From the NCBI GenBank assembly GCA_041738755.1, contig JBGSPE010000002.1, forward strand, positions 13,290 to 77,289: 64,000 nucleotides of DNA, in the 5' to 3' direction. Numbering within the stretch: position 1 is the first letter of the stretch; every line of letters starts with the position of its first letter. Positions 18,380 through 27,265 of the stretch are shown piece by piece. Origin of the DNA: Minisyncoccia bacterium (GTDB lineage Bacteria > Patescibacteriota > Minisyncoccia > Phycocordibacterales > UBA918). A program made the position numbers and the translations under genes. The notes below the pieces were generated by a model that saw nothing but the letters and a program-made list of their open reading frames with translations, did not search any database and was not told where the DNA came from.

Positions 18380-18961
18380 CTACTTGATATTCTTTACGAG
18401 ATCTTCGAGAGTAGATCCACCTGTCCACTTAGCGATTTGGTTGCCGCTCTTGTCAACTTGCACGAGTGTGTGCTGTGTTGTAACACCGTACTTTTGTTTT
18501 AAGTCAGTAGCTCGATCGTAATCAACTTCAAGAATTGTTACATTAGCAGGAATGTCGCTAAGACTGGCCTTGATATCAGCATCGAGGGCTCGACAACTTG
18601 GACACCATGAAGCTTTGAAAAATAATACGACATCTCCAGTTTCAGCCATAGCAAGCTTTGAGGCATCGTATGGCGCGTATAAACCAGCTTTTTCCATCAT
18701 CGCTCCATCATCTTTCTTTTCCATCATGGCACCGTCTTCAGTCTTTTCCATCATTGTGCCATCTTCATTCTTTTCCATCATCGCTCCATCTTCTTTCATC
18801 ATTTTCTCTTCTTCCATTGCCTTTTGTTCCATCATCATCTTTTCTTCTTCCATCATCTTTTGTTCCATCATAGCTTTTTCTTGTTGACCGTTAGAATATG
18901 CAAATACTCCCGCACCAACAACGAGTAAACCGACAACACCTACAATGATTTTTGTATCCAT
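18380..18961 (-). CDS. Thioredoxin-family protein with an N-terminal TM helix and a Met/Glu/Lys-rich repeat region
   Basis: C-terminal thioredoxin fold with WCPSCR. It is preceded by about 80 aa of repeats (MMEQK, MMEEEK, AMMEK, DGAMMEK); the underlying DNA is also tandem-repetitive. Confidence 0.6.
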   Translation of the reverse strand: MDTKIIVGVVGLLVVGAGVFAYSNGQQEKAMMEQKMMEEEKMMMEQKAMEEEKMMKEDGAMMEKNEDGTMMEKTEDGAMMEKKDDGAMMEKAGLYAPYDASKLAMAETGDVVLFFKASWCPSCRALDADIKASLSDIPANVTILEVDYDRATDLKQKYGVTTQHTLVQVDKSGNQIAKWTGGSTLEDLVKNIK

Positions 18962-19030
18962 ACGTTATTTTAAATAGAGATTACTGATAATAGTTTCTCT
19001 GACAGGTAGTATAGCAGACTTTACATAGCG

Positions 19031-19048
19031 TGTAAAGCTTACTTTACA
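19031..19048. promoter_or_regulatory. Palindromic operator-like motif TGTAAAGCTTACTTTACA upstream of the 18961 gene
   Basis: One of three near-identical TGTAAAG-N4/5-CTTTACA sites in the window. Confidence 0.4.
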
Positions 19049-19079
19049 TATAGAGACGCTGTCTGTTTCTCCCCGTAGC

Positions 19080-19529
19080 TTACGGATTAATTTGAGCATG
19101 ATTGAATAACACCGAGAAATCTTCACACCAGATGAGGGCATATTGATACTTAGCTAAATCGGTATCGTCTGGGATAGCGTAATTCACATCACCTTCAGTC
19201 GCCTTCAATTCACCCAAGTCAATAAACTCAGTCGCTTCAAGGTCAATACTTAAATACACTCGGAGATCAGGACCGTTGATAGTTTGAAAATCTTCATACC
19301 GTAAGGTGCGTTGCTCACCAGTCTGAACAATCGCCACGCTACCCGACGCGGGGTGAGTTGGGGTATCTATAATCGGTCGATTGGACACCACTATCGTGCT
19401 ATTGATTGGAGCATCTTCAATCACCGTAACAGTCTGCCAAAGCGGTGATAGTGCATAGTACGCAACGGCACCAGCCAGGACCAGGAAGAGGACGATGATT
19501 ACTTTGAGTGTTGTATTAATTTTTATCAT
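19080..19529 (-). CDS. Hypothetical secreted protein
   Basis: Start set at the internal Met (MIKINTTLKVIIVLF, signal/TM). The longer frame runs through a terminator-like hairpin and the operator motif. Confidence 0.4.
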   Translation of the reverse strand: MIKINTTLKVIIVLFLVLAGAVAYYALSPLWQTVTVIEDAPINSTIVVSNRPIIDTPTHPASGSVAIVQTGEQRTLRYEDFQTINGPDLRVYLSIDLEATEFIDLGELKATEGDVNYAIPDDTDLAKYQYALIWCEDFSVLFNHAQINP

Positions 19530-19544
19530 AGTTTTACTATAACA

Positions 19545-19562
19545 TGTAAAGCTTACTTTACA
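19545..19562. promoter_or_regulatory. Second copy of the palindromic motif TGTAAAGCTTACTTTACA, 16 nt upstream of the 19529 start
   Basis: Exact repeat of the 19031 site. Confidence 0.4.
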
Positions 19563-19596
19563 AGCACTATATAAAAAATACCTCCCAAAGGAGGCA

Positions 19597-19802
19597 TTTT
19601 TATATGGAACCACAGACGCATGCTCCTGACCTTAGGCCAAGTGGGCACCTTTTCCGATTCGTGTCAGAAATCCGTAACCGGTTCTCTTTACTCCTCGCGA
19701 GTACAGGCAGCCCTGATGCTATGTATTCGGAACATACGTAATGTGGTTCCATCTCTCAGTATACGCTAAATATGAAAACGTGAAATGTGTATAACAATAA
19801 TA
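19597..19802. ncRNA. Candidate small structured RNA, strand uncertain (minus favoured)
   Basis: A ~200-nt non-coding stretch bracketed by two terminator-like hairpins with T-runs (19573-19596 and 19802-19828). An 11-bp closing stem (ATGGAACCACA / TGTGGTTCCAT) encloses ~130 nt. No protein-coding frame. Confidence 0.2.
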
Positions 19803-19828
19803 AAAGGCGAGCCTGATGCTCGCCTTTT
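19802..19828. terminator. Bidirectional terminator downstream of ndk
   Basis: AAAAGGCGAGC-CTGAT-GCTCGCCTTTT. Confidence 0.7.
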
Positions 19829-19836
19829 ATAAGTGA

Positions 19837-20442
19837 TTACTCGTTTGTGCCGTCAAAGTTCACGTCGTACAGAATCTTCTCCTGAGCCGTAACGTAGTTC
19901 ATGATTTCGTCTTCTTTAAACCAAATCTTAATTTCTCGTTCTGCTTCTTCTGGTGACTCTGACTGGTGCACCAAGTTTCGTACTGCTCGGTTTTCAAAGG
20001 TGGCGTGTGAGTATGAATCAACGGTGTAGTCACCGCGAATAGTTCCAACATCCGAAGTCGATGGTTCGGTAGTTCCAACAATCTTTGTCACGACTGATAC
20101 CGCTTTGTTCCCTTCGAAGATGAGAGCTACAACTGGAGCGGCCGTCATGTACCGGACAATCGTACGAATGATATCTTTTCCGTATTCAATCGGTTCCCGA
20201 TCTACCGTCTTACCTTGGGCAGTGAGCTCTTCAACCACACCTTTACCCTTTCGCTCATACCATGCATCATCTTTATTGTAGTGTTCAAGAAGCTGGGCCT
20301 CAGTTGGAACAATCATCTTCATGGCTGAGATTTTTAAGCCAGTGTTTTCGAAGCGCTTGATTACTTCACCAACGAGACTTCGTTGTACAGTATCGGGCTT
20401 GAGAAGGACTAATGATCGCTCTTGATGTGGTAGTGTTGCCAT
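19837..20442 (-). CDS. ndk: Nucleoside diphosphate kinase, long form with insertions
   Basis: ERSLVLLKPDTVQRSLVGEVIKRFE matches the NDK N-terminus, and YMTAAPVVALIFEG the NDK core. 201 aa. Confidence 0.75.
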   Translation of the reverse strand: MATLPHQERSLVLLKPDTVQRSLVGEVIKRFENTGLKISAMKMIVPTEAQLLEHYNKDDAWYERKGKGVVEELTAQGKTVDREPIEYGKDIIRTIVRYMTAAPVVALIFEGNKAVSVVTKIVGTTEPSTSDVGTIRGDYTVDSYSHATFENRAVRNLVHQSESPEEAEREIKIWFKEDEIMNYVTAQEKILYDVNFDGTNE

Positions 20443-20521
20443 ATTATTTAAAAGTTATGTACCGGGTACTATAACAGAATAAAGGCCAAAAAGCACGACT
20501 TTTGGCCTTTTATCGGAAAGA

Positions 20522-21295
20522 TTATTCTTTGGTAAGAATCAGCGGACCTTTTTCGGTAATCGCTACCGTATGCTCAAAATGGGCGCTCCATGACTTATCT
20601 TTGGTATAGACACTGTAGCCATCACCGTCATCATCAAAATAGACATCCGGCTTCCCAATATTCACAATTGGTTCAATCGCATACACGTGTCCTACTTCAA
20701 TCTTCGGACCAGTACCTGCTCGACCAAAATTAGGAATGGTCGGCTCTTCATGGACCGCATATCCTACTCCGTGACCACAGAGCACCTCAACCACTGAAAA
20801 ACCTCGTGACTCTACAAATGTCTCAATCGCGTGGCTGATGTCACCAATTCGGTTACCTGGCTTTGCTTGTTTGATACCAATTGCAAGAGCTTCCTTAGTA
20901 ACATCGAGCAAACGTCGTGATTCGGCTGAAATCTGACCGACACCGACCGTAATGCCGGAGTCAACAATCATACCCTTGTGAGCAATCGACATATCAATAT
21001 TGACCACATCACCTTCTTTTAAAACTACTGTTTCGCTCGGAATACCATGCTGTACACAATCATTCACTGACACGCACACAGCTGCCGGGTACGGTACCGG
21101 AGCAAAGGCAGGGTGGTACCCCAATAGAACTGGTTCAACGCCATATTCTTCCGCTAACTCCATGGCTCTGTCATCCAAATCAAGGGTAGTCGCTCCTACT
21201 ACAGAAATTTCACCAAGTTGTCGTAATATGCTCGCCAAAATCGCTCCCGCTTCTTTGAGGATAATAATTTCTTCAGGAGTTTTTTTGGTAATCAT
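20522..21295 (-). CDS. map: Methionine aminopeptidase type I
   Basis: Conserved metal ligands in context (DVVNIDMS, HGVGYAVHEEP, EPMI-like) and the pita-bread fold pattern. Confidence 0.85.
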   Translation of the reverse strand: MITKKTPEEIIILKEAGAILASILRQLGEISVVGATTLDLDDRAMELAEEYGVEPVLLGYHPAFAPVPYPAAVCVSVNDCVQHGIPSETVVLKEGDVVNIDMSIAHKGMIVDSGITVGVGQISAESRRLLDVTKEALAIGIKQAKPGNRIGDISHAIETFVESRGFSVVEVLCGHGVGYAVHEEPTIPNFGRAGTGPKIEVGHVYAIEPIVNIGKPDVYFDDDGDGYSVYTKDKSWSAHFEHTVAITEKGPLILTKE

Positions 21296-21299
21296 AAAT

Positions 21300-21896
21300 T
21301 TAGGTAAGTTTAAGGGCGGCTAGAATTTGTTCATACACCACTTCAATCGAGGCTGTACCATCAACATCAATCACTTCAGTATCAGGCCGTACGCGATAAT
21401 ATTCAAGTACTGGCATCGTATCTTCACGGTACCACCGCAGACGGGCTTCGATTGACTCTTCCGTATCATCAGCCCGGGCTCGTTCATACATTCGCTTGCG
21501 GACAATTTCTTCGGGTGTATCGAGGTTTATAATCTGCACCGTTTCTCGTTCAAAAAAATCAAATGCTTCTTCAAGTACATGCGCTTGGTTCACAGTTCGA
21601 GGAAACCCATCAATCAAAAGGTGACTCTTGGCATCGAGCTGATCAAGCATCGCTTGCCCCCATAAAATATGAGTAAGAAAATCTGGTTGCAACACTCCAG
21701 TATCGAGCGTTGCTGATACCTTTCGTTCTGCGAATGTCTCACGCTTAGCAGCGAGAGCACGAAACCGACGGCCGGTTTGAATATCGACAATCCGACGCAA
21801 TGGATCCTTTTCAGAAAATACCTTAAGAAGTTTTTCAATCTGAGTTCCTTTTCCACTTCCTTGTGGTCCAACAAAAATAACAGTCAACGGTTCCAT
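21300..21896 (-). CDS. adk: Adenylate kinase
   Basis: P-loop GPQGSGKGTQ, LID and NMP-binding regions. Adjacent to map, as in spc-alpha operon ends. Confidence 0.85.
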   Translation of the reverse strand: MEPLTVIFVGPQGSGKGTQIEKLLKVFSEKDPLRRIVDIQTGRRFRALAAKRETFAERKVSATLDTGVLQPDFLTHILWGQAMLDQLDAKSHLLIDGFPRTVNQAHVLEEAFDFFERETVQIINLDTPEEIVRKRMYERARADDTEESIEARLRWYREDTMPVLEYYRVRPDTEVIDVDGTASIEVVYEQILAALKLT

Positions 21897-21899
21897 ACT

Positions 21900-22499
21900 T
21901 TATACGTGATTACATTTTTTATAACTCTCTTCAATTACTGTCTCAAACGCTTCAATCGCAGCAGACGTATCTTCACTCGTATTATCAATAATGACATCGG
22001 CACGTTCCTTAGCTTCTCGTTCAATCAGGTAGCGGTCGTAGCGAGCAGCTAACTCAGCTTCACTCATAGCCGCCCGCTTGAGTGCCCGGCTCTTGAGATT
22101 TTCCCAGCCACCGGCTTCTACATATATGAGTGTCATTGCTTCGCGTGGCAAAAGCTCCATCAGCTGCTCTACACCCTGCACTTCAATCTCAGTTACCACG
22201 AGCTGACAGTTTATCAGATGTGGAATAATTTCACTCTTCAGCGTCCCGTATCGATGTTGTCCATAATGGGCCCATTCAAAAAAGTCTCCGGCGGTAATTT
22301 TAGTATCAAATTCCTCGCTGGTAAGGAAATAATAGTCCTTACCCGGCACTTCTCCCGGTCGCATAGCCCTCGTGGTACAAGAAATGGTCACATAGACGGT
22401 AGGATGATGCTCTTTGAGGTGACGAACGAGAGTGCCCTTCCCGCTCCCGGTAGGGGCCATCATGACGAGAACATGGCCATTAATTGAATCAACTTCCAT
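21900..22499 (-). CDS. gmk: Guanylate kinase
   Basis: P-loop APTGSGKGTL; TTRAMRPGEVPGKDYYF; EWAHYGQHRYGT. Confidence 0.8.
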   Translation of the reverse strand: MEVDSINGHVLVMMAPTGSGKGTLVRHLKEHHPTVYVTISCTTRAMRPGEVPGKDYYFLTSEEFDTKITAGDFFEWAHYGQHRYGTLKSEIIPHLINCQLVVTEIEVQGVEQLMELLPREAMTLIYVEAGGWENLKSRALKRAAMSEAELAARYDRYLIEREAKERADVIIDNTSEDTSAAIEAFETVIEESYKKCNHV

Positions 22500-22550
22500 A
22501 ATGACACGAGCCTACCAACTTTTTGTCTCCAGCGCAACAAAAGCTATGGT

Positions 22551-23195
22551 ATGCTAAAAATTATGAAAAAGAAACACATCATTACTATTTCTGGAAAACC
22601 AGGCAGCGGTAAATCTTCAACCGCCGACCGAGTAGCCGAACTCCTTGGATACACTCGCTACTCATCAGGTGACATGGTACGAAAACTACTCGCGAAGCAA
22701 CGAATGACCCTTGAGGAGTACAATGAAACGGCCGAGGCAAATCATAGTCTCGATACGCACATTGACGAAGAATTACGACAGCTGCGAGAACAAAAAGATA
22801 TTGTTATCGACTCACGACTCGGCTTCTACTGGATTCCTGAATCATTCAAAGTGTATCTCGACCTTGATCTTGAAGTGGCGACTGCCCGTATTTTTAAAGA
22901 TTCAGTCCATAATCAAGGACGAAAAAGTGCTGGTGAGGGAGGCTCTTCACTACCGGATGTCGCCAGACAGGTCCGCGAACGCATGAATAACGAACAGCGA
23001 CGGTTTAAAACCATGTATGGTATTGACCCCTTTAATAACCAAAACTTTGACTTAGTCATTGATACCTCACGTCACGATCCACAAACAGTCGCCATCACCG
23101 TCTTTGATATCTACCGAGAATGGCTTGAGAGTGAAACATGGACCAAACGTCACAGCTCGGTTCCACTTGGGTTTTCGTTTAAGAACGAATATTAA
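22551..23195 (+). CDS. Cytidylate-kinase-like P-loop NMP kinase
   Basis: ITISGKPGSGKSS P-loop in a small nucleotide-kinase scaffold. The exact specificity is uncertain. Confidence 0.45.
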   Translation: MLKIMKKKHIITISGKPGSGKSSTADRVAELLGYTRYSSGDMVRKLLAKQRMTLEEYNETAEANHSLDTHIDEELRQLREQKDIVIDSRLGFYWIPESFKVYLDLDLEVATARIFKDSVHNQGRKSAGEGGSSLPDVARQVRERMNNEQRRFKTMYGIDPFNNQNFDLVIDTSRHDPQTVAITVFDIYREWLESETWTKRHSSVPLGFSFKNEY

Positions 23196-23196
23196 G

Positions 23197-23227
23197 AAAA
23201 GGACCCCCTTAAAGGGGTCCTTTTCTT
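23197..23227. terminator. Intrinsic terminator
   Basis: AAAAGGACCCCC-TTAAA-GGGGGTCCTTTTCTTT. Confidence 0.75.
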
Positions 23228-23399
23228 TACTCTATTATAGAGAATTAGAAATTTCTTCTGAGGCAAGGTGGACTCAAGGCTTGTAAAATTGCTGAGGATA
23301 CGAGGCGGACAAAGAAAAAGACTCAAGTGGGGCACGTGCCCAGCGAGAGTCTTTTTCTGTAGTCTAACGAAGTAGATTTAGTGATTTTACGAGCCTTGT

Positions 23400-24680
23400 T
23401 TAATACTCTCGGAGAGATACCTGAGCATCGAGTCGTCGGATAAGGTCGAGTACCACTGACACCACAATAAGTACTGCTGTTCCTCCGATGGCGAGCGCAG
23501 TGATACCGGTTAGGATTTGCATCCCGACTGGCAATACCGCAACGAACCCGAGGAATAGCGCGCCTACCAAGGTCAGTCTCGTTACCAGGTTTCCAAGATA
23601 CTCTGAAGTACTCGCTCCTGGGCGGATGCCTGGGATAAAGGCTCCGTTTCGTTGGAGATTCTTCGACATTGCATCTGGATCAAAGGTGACCGCAGTGTAG
23701 AAGAAGGTAAAGAGGAAGACCAAGACGAAGTAGGTAATACCGTACGCAACTTGGTTGTTCATGAAGTTCGTAACCACTAGGTTAGCATTTGCCACCCACG
23801 GAAGATTGAAGGCTGAGAGGATATTCAACACCATTTGCGGGAAGAGAATAATCGAAAGAGCAAAGATGATTGGAATAACTCCAGCTTGGTTCAAACGAAG
23901 TGGTAAGTACGAGGTACTTCCTGAGTACGTCTGACCACCGCGACTCTGCTTGGCATAGGTCACTGGCACTGGACGTTCCGCTTCAGTCATAAAGACTACC
24001 GCGTAGATAATACCGAGAGCCACAAACGCAAACCCTAAGTACAGCGGCAACTGTGATGGGTCATAGCTAAAGAGTAGCTGACTGAGAGTTGACGGCAGGG
24101 TAGCGACAATACCAGCAAAGATAATAATCGATACTCCGTTACCAATACCATACTCGGTCGCGAGCTCTCCAATCCACATCAAGAGGACTGAACCGGCAAC
24201 GATGAGGATGACGTTCACAATGAAGTCGAAGGTACTCAAGCCAGCGATTACTCCTTGGCTTTGCAGCAAGGTAAGGAATCCAAATCCTTGCAAGACAGCG
24301 AGAGGAAGCGTAAGCATTCGACTGTACTGTGTAAAGCGAGCTCGTCCCGCTTCTCCTTCCTCTGAGTACATACTCTTCAAGGCAGGTGACATCACGGTCA
24401 TCAACTGCATGATAATCGAGGCCGTAATGAATGGTCCGACTCCCAACATCACAATTGAAAGGTTAGCCAATCCACCTCCTGAGAAAATGTTAAGCAAACC
24501 TAAGAATTGGTTGTTTGAGAAGAATTGTTCAAGGACAGTTTGGTCAACTCCCGGAATTGGAATGGTAGCCAAAGCTCGGAAGATAACAAGAGCGAACAGC
24601 ACGAACAGGACTCGGTTACGAATCGCTGGTTCGGTGAAGATAATTTTTAGTTTTTGAAAGAAAGTCTGCATAAAGCTCAT
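23400..24680 (-). CDS. secY: Preprotein translocase subunit SecY
   Basis: 426 aa, 10 TM helices and conserved SecY segments. Position after rplO. Confidence 0.9.
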   Translation of the reverse strand: MSFMQTFFQKLKIIFTEPAIRNRVLFVLFALVIFRALATIPIPGVDQTVLEQFFSNNQFLGLLNIFSGGGLANLSIVMLGVGPFITASIIMQLMTVMSPALKSMYSEEGEAGRARFTQYSRMLTLPLAVLQGFGFLTLLQSQGVIAGLSTFDFIVNVILIVAGSVLLMWIGELATEYGIGNGVSIIIFAGIVATLPSTLSQLLFSYDPSQLPLYLGFAFVALGIIYAVVFMTEAERPVPVTYAKQSRGGQTYSGSTSYLPLRLNQAGVIPIIFALSIILFPQMVLNILSAFNLPWVANANLVVTNFMNNQVAYGITYFVLVFLFTFFYTAVTFDPDAMSKNLQRNGAFIPGIRPGASTSEYLGNLVTRLTLVGALFLGFVAVLPVGMQILTGITALAIGGTAVLIVVSVVLDLIRRLDAQVSLREY

Positions 24681-24688
24681 CTTACCGC

Positions 24689-25138
24689 TTACTTGACTGT
24701 TCCGCCAGCTGCTTCAATCTTTGTCTTGGCTGAGGCTGATACCTGACACCCTTCGACGACTAGTTTCTTAGTTAATTCACCATTTCCAAGAATCTTGACG
24801 GTCGGAGCCTTCTTTCGCTTAGTGCTGATAGCACCAGCAACGACAAGACTCTTTGGAGAAACGGTATCTCCAGCTCCAAAGTGGGCCTCAAGGACCGAGA
24901 CATTCACCACAACTGGCAATACTCGTTCTGAATTCACGGTTCTTGACCGGTTAGTACCATGTCCTCGAAGCTTTGGAAGCTTCTTGATGAGTTCACGCAT
25001 TTCTGGTCGGGTACTGTTACCAGCTCGAGCAGTCTGCCCTTTATGACCCTTTCCTGAGGTCTTTCCTCGCTTTCCTCCTCGTCCGATACGCTTGGCGGTC
25101 TTCTTTGGAGTTAACGGCTTAAGTTCATGAAGCTGCAT
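24689..25138 (-). CDS. rplO: 50S ribosomal protein L15
   Basis: G/K/R-rich N-terminus (KRIGRGGKRGKTSGKGHKGQ). Confidence 0.9.
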   Translation of the reverse strand: MQLHELKPLTPKKTAKRIGRGGKRGKTSGKGHKGQTARAGNSTRPEMRELIKKLPKLRGHGTNRSRTVNSERVLPVVVNVSVLEAHFGAGDTVSPKSLVVAGAISTKRKKAPTVKILGNGELTKKLVVEGCQVSASAKTKIEAAGGTVK

Positions 25139-25139
25139 A

Positions 25140-25769
25140 CTAGGCTTTCTTTAGTTGCTTGAGCGCTTCGACAGCAGCGCGGGCGTTATTAAGTTTGTTC
25201 TTACTTCGTGAGAAGATTTTTGCGGTGATGTCTTTGACTCCACCCATTTCAAGTACAGTTCGAACTGAAGAACCGGCCACAAGTCCACGACCTGGGGCTG
25301 GCATCATCATTACTTCACTTGATGCATACTTCACGTGTACATCGTGTGGGATGTGACCATCTTTGTTCATTGGTACCACAATCATGTGGCGCTTGGCGTC
25401 ACGTACCGCTTTCTCGATTGCGAGCTGTGTGTCACCGGCCTTACCGATACCAACTCCTACCTTTCCTCGCTTGTCTCCAATCACCATGGCAACTGAGAAA
25501 CTAAAGCGACGTCCACCACCCATCACACGAGTTACGCGTCGGATGCTGATAATTTTTTGTTCAAACTCGGGTCGAACTCGTTCTGTTCGTCCACCGCGGC
25601 GAGGCCGTCGATTTGCTCCACCTCGTCTGTCGTTACTGTTGTTGTTTCGACGTCGTGGTCCTCGATCAGTTGTCTCACCAGCAGGTGCATCGGTCGTAGT
25701 TCCCACTTCTGGGACTACTGCTTCTGACGTAACGTCAGTTGTAGCTTCCGGCTGTTTTGTTTCTGACAT
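25140..25769 (-). CDS. rpsE: 30S ribosomal protein S5 with an N-terminal low-complexity extension
   Basis: RVTRVMGGGRRFSFSVAMVIGDKRGKVGVGIGKA core. Directly abuts rplO with no rpmD (L30) between them. Confidence 0.9.
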   Translation of the reverse strand: MSETKQPEATTDVTSEAVVPEVGTTTDAPAGETTDRGPRRRNNNSNDRRGGANRRPRRGGRTERVRPEFEQKIISIRRVTRVMGGGRRFSFSVAMVIGDKRGKVGVGIGKAGDTQLAIEKAVRDAKRHMIVVPMNKDGHIPHDVHVKYASSEVMMMPAPGRGLVAGSSVRTVLEMGGVKDITAKIFSRSKNKLNNARAAVEALKQLKKA

Positions 25770-25793
25770 AAATATATCTAGAATTAATAATGA

Positions 25794-26144
25794 TTAGAAC
25801 TTCAGTCCACCAGCGCGAGCGGCGTCAGCCAATGCGGCGACAGCTCCTTGGTAACGGAAGCCTCCTCGGTCAAAGACGACGGTGTCGATTTTGATTGCGA
25901 GTGCCTTCTTGGCAATTTCGGTTCCAACTGCAGTCGCTTTTTCAAGCGCAGTACCTGATTTCACTGTTCGTGAATCAAACGCAGCTACAGTCTTTCCTGC
26001 TTCGTCGTCAATTAATTGGGCGTACACAAAGGCGTTACTTCGGTAGATTGCCAATCGAGGACGAGTTGCTGTCCCAGAAATCTTAGAACGGAGACGCTTG
26101 TGTCGCATTTCCCGCATGTGTGTTTTGTGTTGTGCTTTATCCAT
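25794..26144 (-). CDS. rplR: 50S ribosomal protein L18
   Basis: RLAIYRSNAFVYAQLIDD ... GFRYQG. Confidence 0.9.
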   Translation of the reverse strand: MDKAQHKTHMREMRHKRLRSKISGTATRPRLAIYRSNAFVYAQLIDDEAGKTVAAFDSRTVKSGTALEKATAVGTEIAKKALAIKIDTVVFDRGGFRYQGAVAALADAARAGGLKF

Positions 26145-26155
26145 ACGCGTGGGGC

Positions 26156-26683
26156 CTAAGAGGCTTTCTTACCTTGTTTTCGAATAATGTGTTCTCCTCG
26201 GTATCGAATACCCTTACCCTTATATGGTTCAGGCTTCTTCACCTTACGAACGTTGGCAGCAAATTGTCCCAATGACTCTTTGTCTGGTCCTGTGAGTGTA
26301 ATGACGTTCTTAACTACTTCCGCAGTCATCCCTTCTGGTACTTCAAGTGGTACTTGGTGTGAGAATCCCACGCTCAAGACCAACTCTTTCCCTTTTACTT
26401 CTGCTCGATATCCCACTCCTTCAATTTCAAGAATTCGGGTGAACCCTTCGGTTACACCAGTAATCATGTTTCGCAGGTGTGCAGCGTAGGTACCCCAGAG
26501 AGCTTTCGCCGCTGGTGTTTCGCCTGGTGCGAGTACAACTTGCTTGTCTTCAATTGCGATGTTTACATCGCTCTTTACATCACGACTTAAGGTCGCTTTT
26601 GGTCCTTTTACCATCAGTACGCCATCTTGAAGTGTCACCGTGACACCGTTTGGAATGACTACTGGAATTTTTCCTAATCGACT
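26156..26683 (-). CDS. rplF: 50S ribosomal protein L6
   Basis: MSRLGKIPVVIPNGVTV ... The start was set at the internal Met to avoid a large overlap with rpsH. Confidence 0.9.
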   Translation of the reverse strand, partial: SRLGKIPVVIPNGVTVTLQDGVLMVKGPKATLSRDVKSDVNIAIEDKQVVLAPGETPAAKALWGTYAAHLRNMITGVTEGFTRILEIEGVGYRAEVKGKELVLSVGFSHQVPLEVPEGMTAEVVKNVITLTGPDKESLGQFAANVRKVKKPEPYKGKGIRYRGEHIIRKQGKKAS

Positions 26684-26690
26684 CATACGC

Positions 26691-27086
26691 TTACCAAATG
26701 ATGAAAAGTTGCTCACCACCCACTTGCTTCTCCTTGGCTTCCACGTTTGTGAGGATACCAGCTGGAGTAGAGAGGATCATGTGTCCCTTACCAAACTTTA
26801 CGGGGTGAATATCAGCGACCTTGGTGTACAGACGTCGTCCTGGCTTAGAAATACGCTTCACGCCATTGATTCGGTGTGATCCGTCTTCGTACCGCAACGT
26901 GATTTCAAGTGTTTTGTCTTGAACTCGCTTGCCCTGCTCTACCGCAGAAACGATGTAGCCTGCTTCTACTAACTTCTTTGCTACGCTGTGGCGGAGTTTT
27001 GAGTATGGTACTGAAACCGTACTCTTACCTACTGCCCCGGCGTTTTTGAGGCGGATAATGAAATCGCCGATAATGTCTCCTACCAT
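26691..27086 (-). CDS. rpsH: 30S ribosomal protein S8
   Basis: [13 protein letters not shown] ... [14 protein letters not shown]. Confidence 0.9.
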   Translation of the reverse strand: MVGDIIGDFIIRLKNAGAVGKSTVSVPYSKLRHSVAKKLVEAGYIVSAVEQGKRVQDKTLEITLRYEDGSHRINGVKRISKPGRRLYTKVADIHPVKFGKGHMILSTPAGILTNVEAKEKQVGGEQLFIIW

Positions 27087-27265
27087 GATGATTTTCTTAC
27101 GCCTGGTATTTGTCCTTCATGTGCGAGTTCGCGGAAGCAAATTCGACACATATCAAAATCACGCATGTAGCCGTGCTTTCGTCCGCAAAGTTTGCAGCGT
27201 CGCACGACTCGTGACTTAAACTTCGGTGTACGTTCAGAACGTACGATTAAAGCCTTTCGAGCCAT
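27080..27265 (-). CDS. rpsN: 30S ribosomal protein S14, type Z (zinc-binding)
   Basis: 61 aa with CKLCGR ... CRIC. Confidence 0.85.
   Translation of the reverse strand: MARKALIVRSERTPKFKSRVVRRCKLCGRKHGYMRDFDMCRICFRELAHEGQIPGVRKSSW

Noticed and set aside
18552-18887. 111-aa and 71-aa plus-strand ORFs rich in Ser/Phe/Ile repeats
   Set aside because: They are the antisense reading of the Met/Glu-repeat DNA of the thioredoxin gene 18380-18961. The repetitive DNA creates open frames on both strands. The minus-strand gene has the thioredoxin domain and TM anchor.
25363-25797. 144-aa plus-strand ORF, and several 60-100-aa ORFs, lying antisense within rpsE, rplO, rplR and other r-protein genes
   Set aside because: They lie entirely inside well-supported conserved ribosomal genes on the opposite strand, have low-complexity Arg/Pro-rich products, and have no RBS. 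Typical shadow ORFs.
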